A stretch of DNA of 64,000 nt, taken from the NCBI RefSeq assembly GCF_028641065.1, contig NC_073385.1, forward strand, positions 45,756,001 through 45,820,000, read 5' to 3'. The notes below the pieces were generated by a model, which was not told where the DNA came from, did no database searches, and worked only from the letters and a program-made list of their open reading frames with translations. Position numbers and translations under genes: made by a program. This stretch comes from Leucoraja erinacea. Its lineage: Eukaryota. Below are positions 25,851-38,999 of this stretch, in pieces; positions within the stretch are counted from its first letter, which is position 1; the number at the start of each line of letters is the position of its first letter.

Positions 25851-27457
25851 AGGGCCAAGTTCGTCAAATTATGTCAGCAGTAGGCCACAGTGTACTGCAG
25901 GCTGCACAAATCCACAATTCTGTCTATTTAAATTATGGACTCAATACAGCACCAGCCTTGAAAACGCAAGAATGCCTGGAACGAACCTGTCAATTATCAA
26001 ATCCCTGGCATTAGCCTGAGTCACAACCATTCAAATTCAATATCGATTTACACGAATTACAAGTTGTGTGGTCAACCAATTTGAGACGGTCCTTAAATTC
26101 CTATCTAAACAACCTTCCTGGGTTGAAGGAAACGAAGAGAATGTGCTGTGTGGGGGGTAGGTTGGAAAGTTCAGATTGGATTCGAACAGGCTGGTTAAAC
26201 TTTTGAGGTGGGTTGACTTAAATAAAGATGCTGTCTCTTTAACCTCGGGTTGGTTCTGTCAGGGCCTGTCTGTCAGGGCGTATAGTTGGGAGCCGGGTCC
26301 GGGTGACCGGGCGGTGATAATTATGAGAATTTGCAGCCATTTGAACCGCAGCCAAACTAGAGGCTACACTCTGGAGTGGGTTGCAGCTCCCTGAGCTTAA
26401 AATAATATTTGCAGTTTGTAATATTCTCCTGCAATTAAACCGGGGTCCAGGTTTCAACGGTAATAAAAAAATGGGTTTGAACGGGTTTCCTTTGACCAGC
26501 TGATTATCTATTCCGCAGCAATTCAGTACCGGTTTTGAGCCCTGCGGAACTTGTTCTCACTCTCTTTGAAGGAGGCGCACCCGCCCCAGCCAGTGGGCAA
26601 ACGCGGATGAGTGGGAGCATTTTCTCAGTCTTTGTCGACAGTTGGGGTGGGGGATCTGAGAGAGAGAGCTGGCGACGCCACACAGACGGAACAGTTTAAT
26701 AACGGCTCATTAAAATCCGCCCTTCGGCCACTCAGCAACCTGGACTGATCTGATCTGAAGCCCTCTCGCCTGCCCGATCCTAACGCAGAACCGCCACAAA
26801 ACTTGCACAAAGAGCCTCTGCTAACAAGGGCTGGCGAACTGTGCTGGTCAACGTGCACTGGGCGACATGGCTGGGGGAAAAGCACCGCAACCACTGCAAA
26901 CTTGGAACAGCGCAGACCCTCCACTCAATCTATCCAATACTAAAGGGCAGGCATTTCGCAGTTAAACGTCTTGTATCGGATTGGCAGCTCCTTCGCAGGG
27001 CCAGCCGTGTACTCAGTTTTCCTCGGAGATGAATCTTTGTCTTAACGGTACATTCACACCGCCAGTAGGTAAAGCATCATCTCACATCACACTGATGCAG
27101 TCGCTGCCTGCCTCAGATTAAATATTTTTACACATAAATTATGAATAAAGATAAGAAAATGTTTCAAACACATAATATTTTCTTATTGAAGTAGCAAACA
27201 CATTAAGGATTAAATTAAAATAATACATTCTTTAACTTTTTGAATATCTCATTGCAGATTAATACTAGAACTGGGACTGTGCAAGTAGTGTGTGAACAGC
27301 AGAACAAGAAAGGAAGCTATTGACAGAATTCTAGATTAATTCCTTGGTTGAATCGTTTGTCGAGATACCAAACTCGCTTATACAAAGTGCAGTGATACTT
27401 GGATAAAATGGAAAGACACATTTCATACAAAGTTTACCTTTCTATTTTTAATCAATA

Positions 27458-28958
27458 CTAGACCAAGTGCAGACCCGTTGGGTCTGTTCCCCCAACGTGT
27501 GGTTGCGGGGGAGGGGGGGTGGCATGCGACGTCACACACACTAAGTCCTTGTTTGATATTGCTGGTGGATGCCGAGGGGTGCTGCCAGCTGGTTTTGTGA
27601 TGTCCTGCTGATAGCCTGCTTCCCTCTTCCGCAGCAGGTTTGCATAGCCAGCTGGGTGTTGGCTGGCATGTCTCCCCCCCCCCCCCCCCGCACACACGCT
27701 AACTACCCCCCATGATATTATATTTAATATTATTAATTTGCTCCTTTTACCCCATAACCGCCCTATACACTGACGCATAGCCCCCAACTCGCAGGCGCAT
27801 CTAGAGAGGGAGGATGTGGGGGGGGGGGGTGTAGAGTGTGAGAGCAGAGAGAGAATGGGGCAGAGACGTTGGCCGTTTTGGCTTTTTTTTTAAAACTTTA
27901 ATGATGAATAACCTTGAAAATAAGCATGAAATGTGAAGGGAACATGTTTATTGTGTCGACCGGGCTAATGTGAGTAATAATGTGTGAAAACGTTTTGACA
28001 AAGCTAGAATCACACACACGGACACACACCCCCCGAATCTCCCTCATTCTCATTTCCCTCATCCTCCTCACCTCACTCCCATTCCCTGCCCCAGCACCTA
28101 CCCTGGTCGTAGAGTAGCTGTAAACTCCTGCCATCAGCTTGGCTGCCGCCTGGGCCGCAGACTTCATCTCCAGGGTCGTCCTTGGTTCGAGCGGCGGCTT
28201 CTTTCTCAACGCAGCCCAATCCCAAGCCTCGGGCTCGGCCCTCCCTCTGGCTCCAGCCCAGGCCCAGTCCCCGGGCTCGGCCCGCGGCACCACCCTCCCT
28301 ACCAGGTACCCGGCGGCCGTTGGGCGCCGGCAGCCTCCGTCACTCCTCGTTCAACGCGAGCACTGGTGTGCCCCTCCCTCTCGTTATGTCCCGTCCTGCC
28401 TTGTGAGTGCATTGTGACATCACTCTTTTTTCCAAAATGGATGAGTTTGAAGAAATCGGGCTGGTTTTAAAATTTCTGGGATTAATAACTTTGGAAATAT
28501 AGATAGAAATGCGATGGGAAGATGTTTATCGCCACCACGAGAAAAATGTGAATAGGATGTGTGAAAATGGGAAGGCTGTGGCCTAGCATTTCGAAGAAGA
28601 TAGGAATGAACCAGATTGGCGTGCGCCATCAGCTTGGCTGCCGCCTGGGCCGCAGACTTCATCTCCAGGGTCGTCCTTGGTTTCGAGCGGCGGCTTCTTT
28701 CTCAACGCAGCCCAATCCCAAGCCTCGGGCTCGGCCCTCCCTCTGGCTCCCGCCCAGGCCCATTACCCGGGCTCGGCCCGCGGCACCACCCCCCCTACCT
28801 GGTACCCCGGCGGCCGTTGGGCTCTGGCAGCCTCCGTCACTCCTCGTTCACCGCGAGCACTGGTGTGCCCCTCCCTCCCGTTATGTCCCGTCCTGCCTTG
28901 TGAGTGCATTGTGACATCACTCTTTTTTTTCCACACTTTGGAAATATAGATAGACACA

Positions 28959-29026
<68 letters not shown>

Positions 29027-29050
29027 CAAAGACTTTTAGTTATGTAGAGA
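27458..29050 (-). mobile_element. Non-autonomous Helitron with duplicated GC-rich cargo
   Basis: 3' hairpin cagacccaacgggtctg + CTAG (27458-27461); 5' TCTACATAACTAAAAGTC followed by (GT)n. Confidence 0.7.
28955..29023. repeat. (CA)n microsatellite
   Basis: About 33 CA units, read directly. Confidence 0.95.
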
Positions 29051-29580
29051 CTAGACCAACTGGGCCGGGTCCCTGTCACACTGGAGGCCTGCTCCCCCAA
29101 CGCAATATTGCATCACTAAGTGGTCCCCCAACTGAACCCGTTCCCGAACGTAAGATTCAAGTACTCCCCTGCTTCCATCAGAAGTGGACTTTAAAAAAAA
29201 AAAATACAATTGCACCCTGCCTGCCGCAGCAGTTCCAATTGCAATACCAATTTGCCCAGCCCCTCCTGTTGCTGTGATATCCCACTGAGGTGAAAAGTTC
29301 AGAGTGTTCCTGTCTTGCTACTTTGTATCGAAGTGTGTTGGAAGCTGGTAGGAAGGATTTTAACAGTAAAATTCATGTTAAATTTTGCTTTTTAAAAGCT
29401 ATAATCATCAATAACGTGAAATATAGCATCAAATGTTAAGTGAACCATATTACGGTGTGGAGGGCAAAAATGTGAGTTAGAATATGTAAACATTTAAGCG
29501 CTAGCGCGTAGCATTTTGAGGAAGATACAAAACATACCCGCACACACACAAGATGAGACTTTTATAAGTAGGTAGATAGA
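29051..29580 (-). mobile_element. Non-autonomous Helitron, head-to-tail with the previous one
   Basis: 5' TCTATCTACCTACTTATAAAAGTCTCATCTTG; 3' CTAG at 29051-29054 with a degenerate hairpin; ggtccctgtcacac shared with ~7450. Confidence 0.62.
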
Positions 29581-29809
29581 TAGAGAGACAGACAGACAGA
29601 CACATGGTTATTCTGAAAAAAATCTTTAAAGGTTAGCCTTTGGAAGCCACAACAGCCTTGTGGCTGCCAAAGAATTGTTATAGTAGTCTATTTTAAGTTA
29701 ATTCCACTATTATTATTTTTTTGTGAAAATCTCTAGCACCACATCATATATCATTACCGTTTCCCAACTCTTTTCTAGAACTGAATTTTGTTTTTAGTAC
29801 CTCCATTTA

Positions 29810-30350
29810 CATTTTGGACTTTTATTTGGCGTATTGTGTGCAGTTCTTGTCACCTCATTACAGGAAGGATGTAGAGGCTTTGGAAAAGTTGCAGAGGAGG
29901 TTTATCAAAATAATGCCTGGATTAGGGGGTAATAGCTACAGTGGCATGTTGGACAGACTTGGACTGTTTTTTCTGGAACGCCAGAAGTTACAGGAAGCCT
30001 GATAGAAGTATATAAAATTATGACAGTCATAGACGGTCAGAATTCATTTCCCAGGATGGAACAATCAAATAATAGGGGCTTTAAGGTGAGATAGGGGCAA
30101 AGCTTAAAGGAGATGTGTGAGGCAAGTATTTTACACAGAGGTGTGTGAGTGTCTGGGGTGCGCTGCCGGGGATGGTGGTTGAAGCACATGCGTTAGTGGT
30201 ATTTGGATAGGCTGTATATGCTGGGAATGGGGAGAAGGGGGGACGGGGGTGAAATACAGATTATGTGCAGGTAAATAAGTGACGGCATCATATTTGTCAC
30301 ACAATGTGGGCTATAGTGCCCGTCCTTCTGTACTGTTCTGTGTTCTATTT
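29810..30350 (+). mobile_element. CR1 3' fragment
   Basis: YCVQFLSPHYRKDVEALEKLQRRF plus a CR1-like 3' UTR. Confidence 0.85.
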
Positions 30351-30370
30351 TATTGCATGTAATAAACAAT

Positions 30371-33300
30371 TGTGGCGGTCCCTGGGGGTTAGGCCACTCC
30401 TTGGGTCATCCTCCTGGGCTCTTGAGGGACAGGGACGTGTGCCTGCCACGGGGTTTCCCAGGTCCTGCTCGCTGGTGTGCGTGTTCTCGCTGCTGCATTA
30501 AACTACTTCTGAACCTGCCTGACCTGGCCTTTTCCTGACTTCGTCCAGGCCGCTACAACTGGTGACTCCGACGTTCATCACACATCGTGATGGATGACAA
30601 CGCCGTTGCAATTAAACTCACTACTCTGTGGACCGAAGAGCCTGATATCTGGTTCCAGCAGGCAGAGGCACAGTTTGCTCTGCAAGGGGTAACTGTTGAC
30701 AAAACAAAATACTTTTACTTGGTCAGCGCGCTTGACCAAGCGACTGTTAGGCGTGTTAAGCCTTACCTCAGCAACCCCCCGGTAATTAACAAATATAGGG
30801 GCCTTAAGGACCACCTTATCAGGAGGTTTGGCCTTAGCGAATCTGAGCGGGCAGTTCGGATTCTCCGAATGGACGGTCTGGGCAACCGCCGGCTGTCGGC
30901 CCTCCTGGAGGACATGGTCGCCCTTATGGGTGACCACCGGCCTTGTTTTCTATTTAAATTTGCTTACCTGCAACAGCTCCCGCCAACATCCGCCTGCAGC
31001 TCGCCACCGATACCTTTGCCGACACACAGGCGCTGGCCGAACGCGCTGACCAGCTGTGGATGCCCCGCCAGCGGGACCTGGAAGCACTGGCCGTCCTTCC
31101 CGCGGCGTCGGGAGGCTCGAAGCTGGTCAGGGCCGCTATTGACCACATCTCCGCTGCTCCAAGTCGGCCCCGGCAGCGAAATCGGGCATTCCAGTGCTGG
31201 CACGTCGTTCTAGCACGGCCCGCCTGCAGTTCCACCCAACGCCAGCTGAGGTCGCTATGGTTCAACCCAGCCAACTTTGCCTGCAGTTCCAGAAGCCAGC
31301 AGAGGGTGTTGGTGCTATTATCGTTGCTTGGGAGCTGCAGCCAGGCAATGTCGCCCACCCTGTGCGTTCCTGGGAAACGAAGGGGCCGGTCGTCAGTGAT
31401 TCCTTCGGCGGCCGGCTATATTCATCGCGTCTTCGCCTGGGATCGCCGCACCGGGAGTCGGTTCCTCGTAGACACCGGGGCCGAGGTGAGTGTGCTGCCT
31501 CCCTCCATCAATGGCATCTGTGCGGGTAAACGCGGTGAACGGGAGTGTTATTCGCACTTACGGAGTTCGCACCATCTCCCTCAACTTTGACCGCAGCTGC
31601 TTTTCGTGGGAGTTCGTCATCACCAACGTTTCTCAGCCGCTGCTGGGTGCCGACTTCCTTCGAGCCCATTCACTGCTCGTGGATGCCAAGCGGCAGTGCT
31701 TGGTGCACTCCATCTTCCTCCACGTTGGTGATCCGGTTGCACGGGCATCCTCGAACCCCACTTCCACTCCTCCACCCCCAAGCACGGGGTGGAACACCAC
31801 ATTCCTACTACCGGCCCGCCTGTGTACGCCCGGGTGCGTCGTCTCGCGCCGGACAAGCTTCGTCTGGCTCGGGAGCAGTTCCGGCTGATGGAGGCGATGG
31901 GCATCGTGGACTGTTTGAATTTGTGCGGATGCCGTTTGGTTTGAAGAACGCTGTGCAGGCCTTTCAGCGGTTTATGGACTGTGTGTTCCGTGGCCTGGAC
32001 TTTGTATTCGTGTACTTGGACGACATACTCATGGCTAATCCATCCACGAGAGGATGCCCTGACAGTGGATGCTTCTGAGGTTGCAGTTGGGGCAGTGTTG
32101 GAGCAGCTCGTTGACGGATGCTGGCGGCCACTCGCCTTCTTCAGCAGGCATCTCAGTGGTGCTCAGCGCCGTTATAGCGCTTTCGACCGTGAGCTCCTTG
32201 CCCTGTACCTCGCCGTGCGCCACTTTCGCTACTTCCTGGAGGGGAGGCCTTTTACTGCATATATGGATCACAAGCCACTAACCTTCACGTTTGCTAAGGT
32301 TTCAGACCCGTGGTTTGTCCGGCAGCAGAGGCAGTTGGCATATGTGTCTGAGTACACCGTTTCGTATAACAGGGTAGCCGGCGCCTTATCGCGACCTGCG
32401 GTTCACGCGGTTCTCCAAGTCGGGCACAGGCTGCGCAAGGAGGTTGGACATTGGGCACGCACCTGCATCCCGTGCCAGACCGCCATGGTGCAGCAACACG
32501 TGCATGCGCAGTTGCAGGAGTTCGCCATCCCTCGGCAGCGGTTCGCCCACATGTGGACGTCGTGGGGCCGCTGCCGCCGTCCTGGGGCATGACCTATTTC
32601 TTCACCGTGGTGGCCGCTTTACGCGGTGGCCTGAAGCCATTCCGCTACCTGATTCCTCAATGGCCACGTGCTCAGGCATTGGCGGCGCACTGGATTGCCA
32701 CTGGACATAACATCCGACAGGGGGCCTCAGTTCACGTCGGAGCTGTGGTTGGCCATGGCATTCCTCCTGCGGGTTCGCCTACACCACACGACGGCGTATC
32801 ATCCGCAGGCGAACGGACTGGTGGAGCGGTTTCACCACCAACTCAAGGATGCCTTGAAGGCACGGCTCAATGATCCGGACTGGGTGGACGCTCTGCCGTG
32901 GGTTTTGCTCGGGATCCGCACCGCAGCCCCGGAGGTCTTGGCCTCTTCCTCTGCTGAGTTGGTGTATGGGTCCCCGTTGACGGTGCCCGGGGAGTTCATC
33001 CCGTCGGCACGTGGCCAGGTGGAGCAGCCTTCGGACGCTCTGCTTCGGCAGACGGTTGGCGCAGGTCCCCACGTCTCGTCATGGGTCCTTCCGTCCGCAT
33101 GTTCGCTCTGTTCTGGAGGACTGCCAGTTCGTCTTCCTTCGTAGGGATGCTCATTGGACACCTCTCCAGCGGCCGTACGAAGATCCCTTCTGAGACCAAG
33201 AGTATGGCTCAACTACATTCATCCTGGACATGGGGGGGGTCGGCATGAGACTTTCGGTTGCACGGCTGAAGCCGGTGCATATTGACATTGATCGGCTGGT

Positions 33301-33575
33301 GCTGGTAGCGTGGCCCCGTAAGTGAGGGCGCCCTCTGTCTTGGGTACCTCCTCCAGTGGCTACCCCGTCCTCTGCACCTGTTGGTCAGTTGCCCGTTCCT
33401 GTTCCGGGCATGGCGCGCACCCGGGCTGGCCGCCGTGTGCGCCCTCCTGTCCATTTCGTGCCTCGGGTTCTTGGGGGGGGTGGGCGGTGTCCTGTGGTGG
33501 TCCCTGGGGGTTAGGCCACTCCTTGGGTCATCCCCCTCGGCTCTTGAGGGACAGGGACATGGGTCTGCGACGGGG
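30371..33575 (+). mobile_element. Degenerate Gypsy LTR retrotransposon (gag-PR-RT-RH-IN, multiply deleted; 3' LTR truncated)
   Basis: 5' LTR 30371-30557 (TG...CA), PBS tggtgactccgac, gag KLTTLWTEEPDIWFQQAEAQF, protease FLVDTGAEVS, RT MPFGLKNA...YLDD, RNase H VDAS...YSAFDRELLA, integrase SDRGPQF...YHPQANGLVER, G-rich PPT, 3' LTR from 33493. Confidence 0.93.
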
Positions 33576-33589
33576 CCTTATCTGAAAAT

Positions 33590-34205
33590 TTTTGTCATTA
33601 TTTCTTGAGTTATTTACTAAAATTGTTCACAGATCTGAAATATTTTTTAAAGTTAACGAGCAGATGATTCACAATGGCTCTGCTCCTCGCGCCCCGCTTG
33701 TCACTGTTTTCAACACACCACCTGCTGGGCACTGTTTTCCATGCGCTGCGAGTTACGCCACGCCCCCACCCCCGACTCGCAGTCATTTCTTTTCTTCGCG
33801 CCCCGTTCGCAGCCGACTCGCACTCGCCCGTCTGCCCTGCCCCCCCCCCGCCCACAGCCCAGCCGCCCAGCCGCCCTCCCACCCCACCCCCCCAGGGCTC
33901 TGAATTAAAGCCGCTGAACTCGCAGTAATTTGGTTGGGCTTCAGAGGCCCCGAGCACTCCCGAGGCCCGCCGCCCGCTAGCATTTGGTCCCGCCCGCTCA
34001 GTGTCCATGCCGCCCGCTTGCCTCCCCCTCCTTTCCCCCCCCCTCCCCTTCTCTCCCCCACTCCCTCATCCCCCTTCTCTCCCCCCCTCCCCCTTCCTCT
34101 CCCCCACTCCCCACTCTCCCCTCTTCTTCCCCCCCCCCCTCCTCTCTCCCCTCCCCCTCCTCCCCCCCCCCCCCTGGGAGGACGGGACCCAACGGGTCCC
34201 CCTTG
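33590..34205 (+). mobile_element. Helitron-like fragment
   Basis: Family hairpin gggacccaacgggtccc at 34184-34200; CTAG missing because another element abuts it. Confidence 0.5.
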
Positions 34206-34206
34206 G

Positions 34207-35380
34207 CAGGGCTCTCACTTAACTTTTGTTCCCTGTTGCCAGTCGGGCAACCTTGGCAGCTTTTTAAATGACAGTTTAGGTGGTTATTTAAGACAGCATG
34301 CATGACGCGTGCAATGATGTGCTCGGACGAAGTGCGCAGTTACCAGTCGGAATTATGCTCAATGAAGCATCACATATTATATCTGCTTCAAATAAAGTCA
34401 CAAACTAAATCAAGACATGATATATACCACAATGACATGCAGCAAAATTATAATACAGTATGTCAACTCTTTTTACACATTGCAATGAATGCAATTTCTA
34501 TTATTTTTTTGCACTTCCAAACAAAAATGTGGTTGGATTATTTAGCGTATGATCAACCTGTGTCAATAAATCCTTTACCATGGTAACATATATGCTTAAC
34601 CATGCACACTACAGATTGATGCAAGCATGTTTTCTGTGAAGGACCGAAAATTATCATGAAATGACCATAACATGGGTCGTTATTGCCATTGGTACAGAAA
34701 CGCTCTCGCTTCCCACATAATTTATCCACAACAAAATATACAGGTTGCACGGAAATTTCTAAAGCATTTTTGGATAACTACCGTTAAAACCGACTATACC
34801 CTATCTGACAGGTTGAACATTACACTAACTGACAAGAGATGGCCAAAGGACATAACTGTAGCAAATGTTCTTTTGTTAATATGTTTAAAGGTGTCAAAAC
34901 GCCACATTATCGGACATTCAGATTAGATATATATGTTGTGAACAGCAATGAAGATACCCAGTCTGTACACACCAGATTAAAAAAAAATTATTGATAAATG
35001 CTGTTTTCATCATTCCCACCAGAATTAACATTAAAATGTCAGCTGAAATATCTCCTGACCATATTTGTGATGTATATGACTGACTGTAGAAGTAAAACGT
35101 GGATAAATCCAATGTATAGTTGTGAATTCTGTAATAATGTGTAAACGGTAGTAGTGACAATCGAACAGAGCGCTTTTAATGTTTCACGTGTTCACAATTT
35201 AATTAATCCATCTTTATGGATTAATACAAATAATAACATTGGGAATTAAAACACATTTGATTGCATTCCGTTGTCAAACATAGTCAATGTTCACTCTGAA
35301 GACATTTCCAGCCCAATAGGGGTGGGGATCATTGCGTGATGGACGGTTGAGAATTTAATTCTTTTGAAAGGCAGTCACCG
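34207..35380 (+). mobile_element. hAT-like non-autonomous DNA element (right boundary uncertain)
   Basis: Starts CAGGGCTCTCACTTAAC; shared with 21551-21917. Confidence 0.55.
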
Positions 35381-36854
35381 CTGGCATTTATTCCCGAGAG
35401 AAAGTAGTTCATTTTAATTTGCTGTAGTCATGTGGTGAAGTTACTTTGGCAGCATGGAAAGAAAGGGTAGTCTAGGATATTGCCCCGCGTGGCATTGAAA
35501 TTGTTGTCATTTGGTTGGGATGGTGTGTTTCTTGAATAGGTGCTGACGATTGTCTCGAAGGTTGCTGGAGGAACTGCCATGATATACTGTAGCTAGTGCA
35601 CCAAATTTGGGCAGCTGATTTGACCATGCAATTGTCTTTTTGATAACGTATGGTTTAATTTATTTGAATCTGACACAGATGATTTTTCTAATGCTTAATA
35701 TTTCAGATAGGTAATGGTCAGAAGAAATGTACAAAGACATAGAAAAGTACAACAGTACAACATAATTCACCACCGCCGAATAAAGTATTCAATCAATCAG
35801 AAGGCTGAGGACAGATGGACCAGTGTGGAATTGGGAAAGGAAGTTGAAATGCATGCAACAAGGATGGCCTTTGTAGTTCTCATTATCACCTTCCCTATCA
35901 GATTCCACCACTGGTAGCACTTGTGTTCCTGTTTATCATTCTCTTAGCTGTCTCCACCTTTGCCTTCCCTTCACCTCATCTGGCTCCATCAGCTTTTTTT
36001 CATGCCTGCCCCTACCTCCATCTCTCAACTCCATCTCGCCTCTTCCCCTACCTGATTTCAACTGCCTATCATGCTTCGCCCAATCTCCATGTACCAATCA
36101 GCCATTGGCTCATCTCTCCCCCTCTTTATACTAGCTACTGTCCCCCTACACTCTCCATCCGGATACAAGATTTCACACCAGAATGTTGACAATTACTCCC
36201 CCCACTCTCTCATCACCACCAATGTTACTTGTTTCACTGAGTTCCGCTAGCATATTTTTTGTTGCTTAAGAAACTTTTCACTTCTATTGGCATTTGGTAG
36301 GAACTGTTGGATTATATTGGTATTTTGATTCTGGAGATTTGTTATGGCAGGAATCTGATATTGCGCCTCAAAATGAATCTCATTTACATTTCTAATTAAT
36401 TTGAATTGTTATGAAATTAGTTTCACAAAGAAATCTTGGGTATTGTTAAACGATAACTGAACCAGAGTGCTGTGCAATGAGTGCAGATGCCAAAAGGAGA
36501 GGAATAAATGTTGCCTGTTTGTGCAAACCAATAACATTGCTCAGGAAGAAAAAAACATTTAAAATCATGATCACAACATCACTGAACATTTGTGAAAATT
36601 CAGGTGAAAAGAGAAGGGAATATGTTGAAGTGCTGAAGAAATTATAGTGGATGTAAATTGCATACAATAACAGATTATACAAACATTGCCATACAAACAT
36701 TGCCATAGCATTTAAGAGTCATAAAACAAAATCTTAAATCTATTTCATTTGTTAAAATTAAAAATTAGTCTGCTAGAAGAGTGCAAGGAAAAAACTGCCA
36801 GTGCTCGGAGGGAATCTAAATCACGGAGGGAAAATTTCTCTCTTCCTTGACTCT

Positions 36855-36970
36855 CGGTCTGAAGAAGGGTCTCAACCCAAAATGTCACCTATTCCTTTTC
36901 TCCAGAGATGCTACCTGACCAGCATTTTGTGCTTCGCCTCGGTGTGAACCAGCATCTGCAATTCCTACCT
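36855..36970 (+). mobile_element. Penelope tail
   Basis: ggtctgaagaagggtctcaaccc...cagcatctgcaattcct. Confidence 0.7.
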
Positions 36971-37417
36971 GCTTATTTTTGTTTTTCATTAAAAATATTG
37001 TTACTGGGAGCAAATTTATTTTTAAACCAAAGCATAGCTTTATTTACCAATAGATTCTTCATAACAGATAATGATCAATGAAAAGTAGTTGAAATGATTT
37101 TAAGAGCGGGGTAAGTAGGCACCTCATGATTGTAGGTATGTGAAAACTTGAGCCTGATAGTTCTTTTCAATAATTTTATCAAAATGGTCTGATGTTATTT
37201 ATTGTTAACAATACCTTGATTTTTGTGTTTTTGAGATTCTAGTTCTAATTTACACCGCATTGTAGTATATGTGCAGTCCAGAAATATACCTGGCTTGTTA
37301 AAGTGCCAATAACATGTATACTTGTGGTGTGAATTGTGTGATTTTGAACGTACAGCAAACCCTCTTTTTACCAGAGGATTTCAGTTATAGTGGACCGTAT
37401 CTGGTGTAGACAGAATC

Positions 37418-37520
37418 TTCAGTCGAAAGAAGGGTCTCGACCCGAAACGTCACCTATTCCTTCGCTCCATAGATGCTGCCCCACCCACTGAGTTTCTCCA
37501 GCATTTTTGTCTACCTTCTG
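37418..37520 (+). mobile_element. Penelope tail with 12-bp TSD
   Basis: Flanked by tgtagacagaat on both sides. Confidence 0.75.
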
Positions 37521-37704
37521 TTGTAGACAGAATTCATTGTTTCATGGAATGACCGTTAATTGGATGGAGCAAATCTTAGTTTAGTTTTAGAAATGGCACT
37601 GTACATTGATATCATTCTGTTTCTTTTACTGTCCTTGCTACTGTACTGTGTTTTGAACATTTTGGAGAATTACACCTTAGAATAGTGTTTTGGAAACCAT
37701 TTTA

Positions 37705-38060
37705 GCTTAGTTTATTTTAGAGATACAGTGTGGACACATCGAGTCCGCGCCGACCAACAATCACTCGTACACTAGTTCTATCCTACACACTACGGACAAT
37801 TCACAGTGCGCAGGGTAGAACTACTGTACTAATTCTATCTTTCCTCCCCCATTGTCTTTCTAATGTGGGAGGAAAGATCAAACCACTATAGTAGTTCCAT
37901 CCTACACACTATGAAATGTCCTTATTATGTAGGATAGAATTGGTGAACCAGAGCACCTGGAGGAAACCCACTGTATCACAGAGAGCACCCGAGATTAGGA
38001 TCGAACTCTGCCCTCTGGCCCGGTAATGCAGCAACACTACCGTGGTGCCACTGTGCCGTC
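37705..38060 (-). mobile_element. HE1/V-SINE
   Basis: Reverse complement begins acggcacagtggcaccacggtag...gagttcgatcct; tail (ctaaa)n. Confidence 0.7.
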
Positions 38061-38999
38061 TCAAGATAATATGTATTTTGTGTCCTTTACTGTTAATTGT
38101 GTAATGCATGTTGGCTGTTTTTTCAATCTTACTGTACATATGAACCCCCTTATTCGGTTGGCACAGACAATCAGCAATAATGGACACTATCTCCCATCAT
38201 GTAGTCCGTTATAGCAAAGATTTATTGTAATTGAGAACTATGCACAATTTATTTTGTTGCCCCTACAAACTCCTTCTCCTACCTCCCATCACCACTTGGT
38301 GTAATGGATGAATCTTGCCCAGAACTCAGCCCTGCAGTCTAGGATCTCTCCTTGTATTGGTCATGTTTACATTTCACGTCTTCATCTCCTTATGTGCACT
38401 TGTGCTACAGTCATTAGTGCCTTCAAAAGAAACTGAAATAAAAGTTGACTGCAAGAAGAAGTTAGAACTATTGGGATTTTTCATGGCTGAACTTGAGAAA
38501 TGCAGTGTTCACTTTAGCAGGCTGTGCCAGACTTTTGAATAAGGAACTGTGACCTAAACAGCAGTTTTAGTTTTGTTGAAGACCAGGCATACCATCTGAA
38601 GATATATTGTCATTCCCTGTCCATTCAAGTGGATAAAGGAAGATGGGGTGTTATCTTAATACCTTGAGTGAAAAATGGGAGGAGTAAATAAGGCAAAAGA
38701 GGAAATGTTAAGGGTTTATATAAATGGCCAGACGTGGGTGAAATGTTTCCCGGGCTGTTAAAAGAGTAGGGGTAGAAATTGAGTAGGCTTTGACTATAAT
38801 TCTACAATCCTTTCTAGCTGTGGAATGTTGTCAGAGGATTATTGGACTGCAAATGTTGTACAATCTTTCAAAACAATGTGGCGGGATCAATAATTTGTTT
38901 AACTTGAATGATGGGGAAATGGCGGGCTGGCAAGGCTTAATTGAGGTATTTTAAATTGAGTGACAGAATGATCAGAAATGAGGGGAAATTTTGTTGCAC

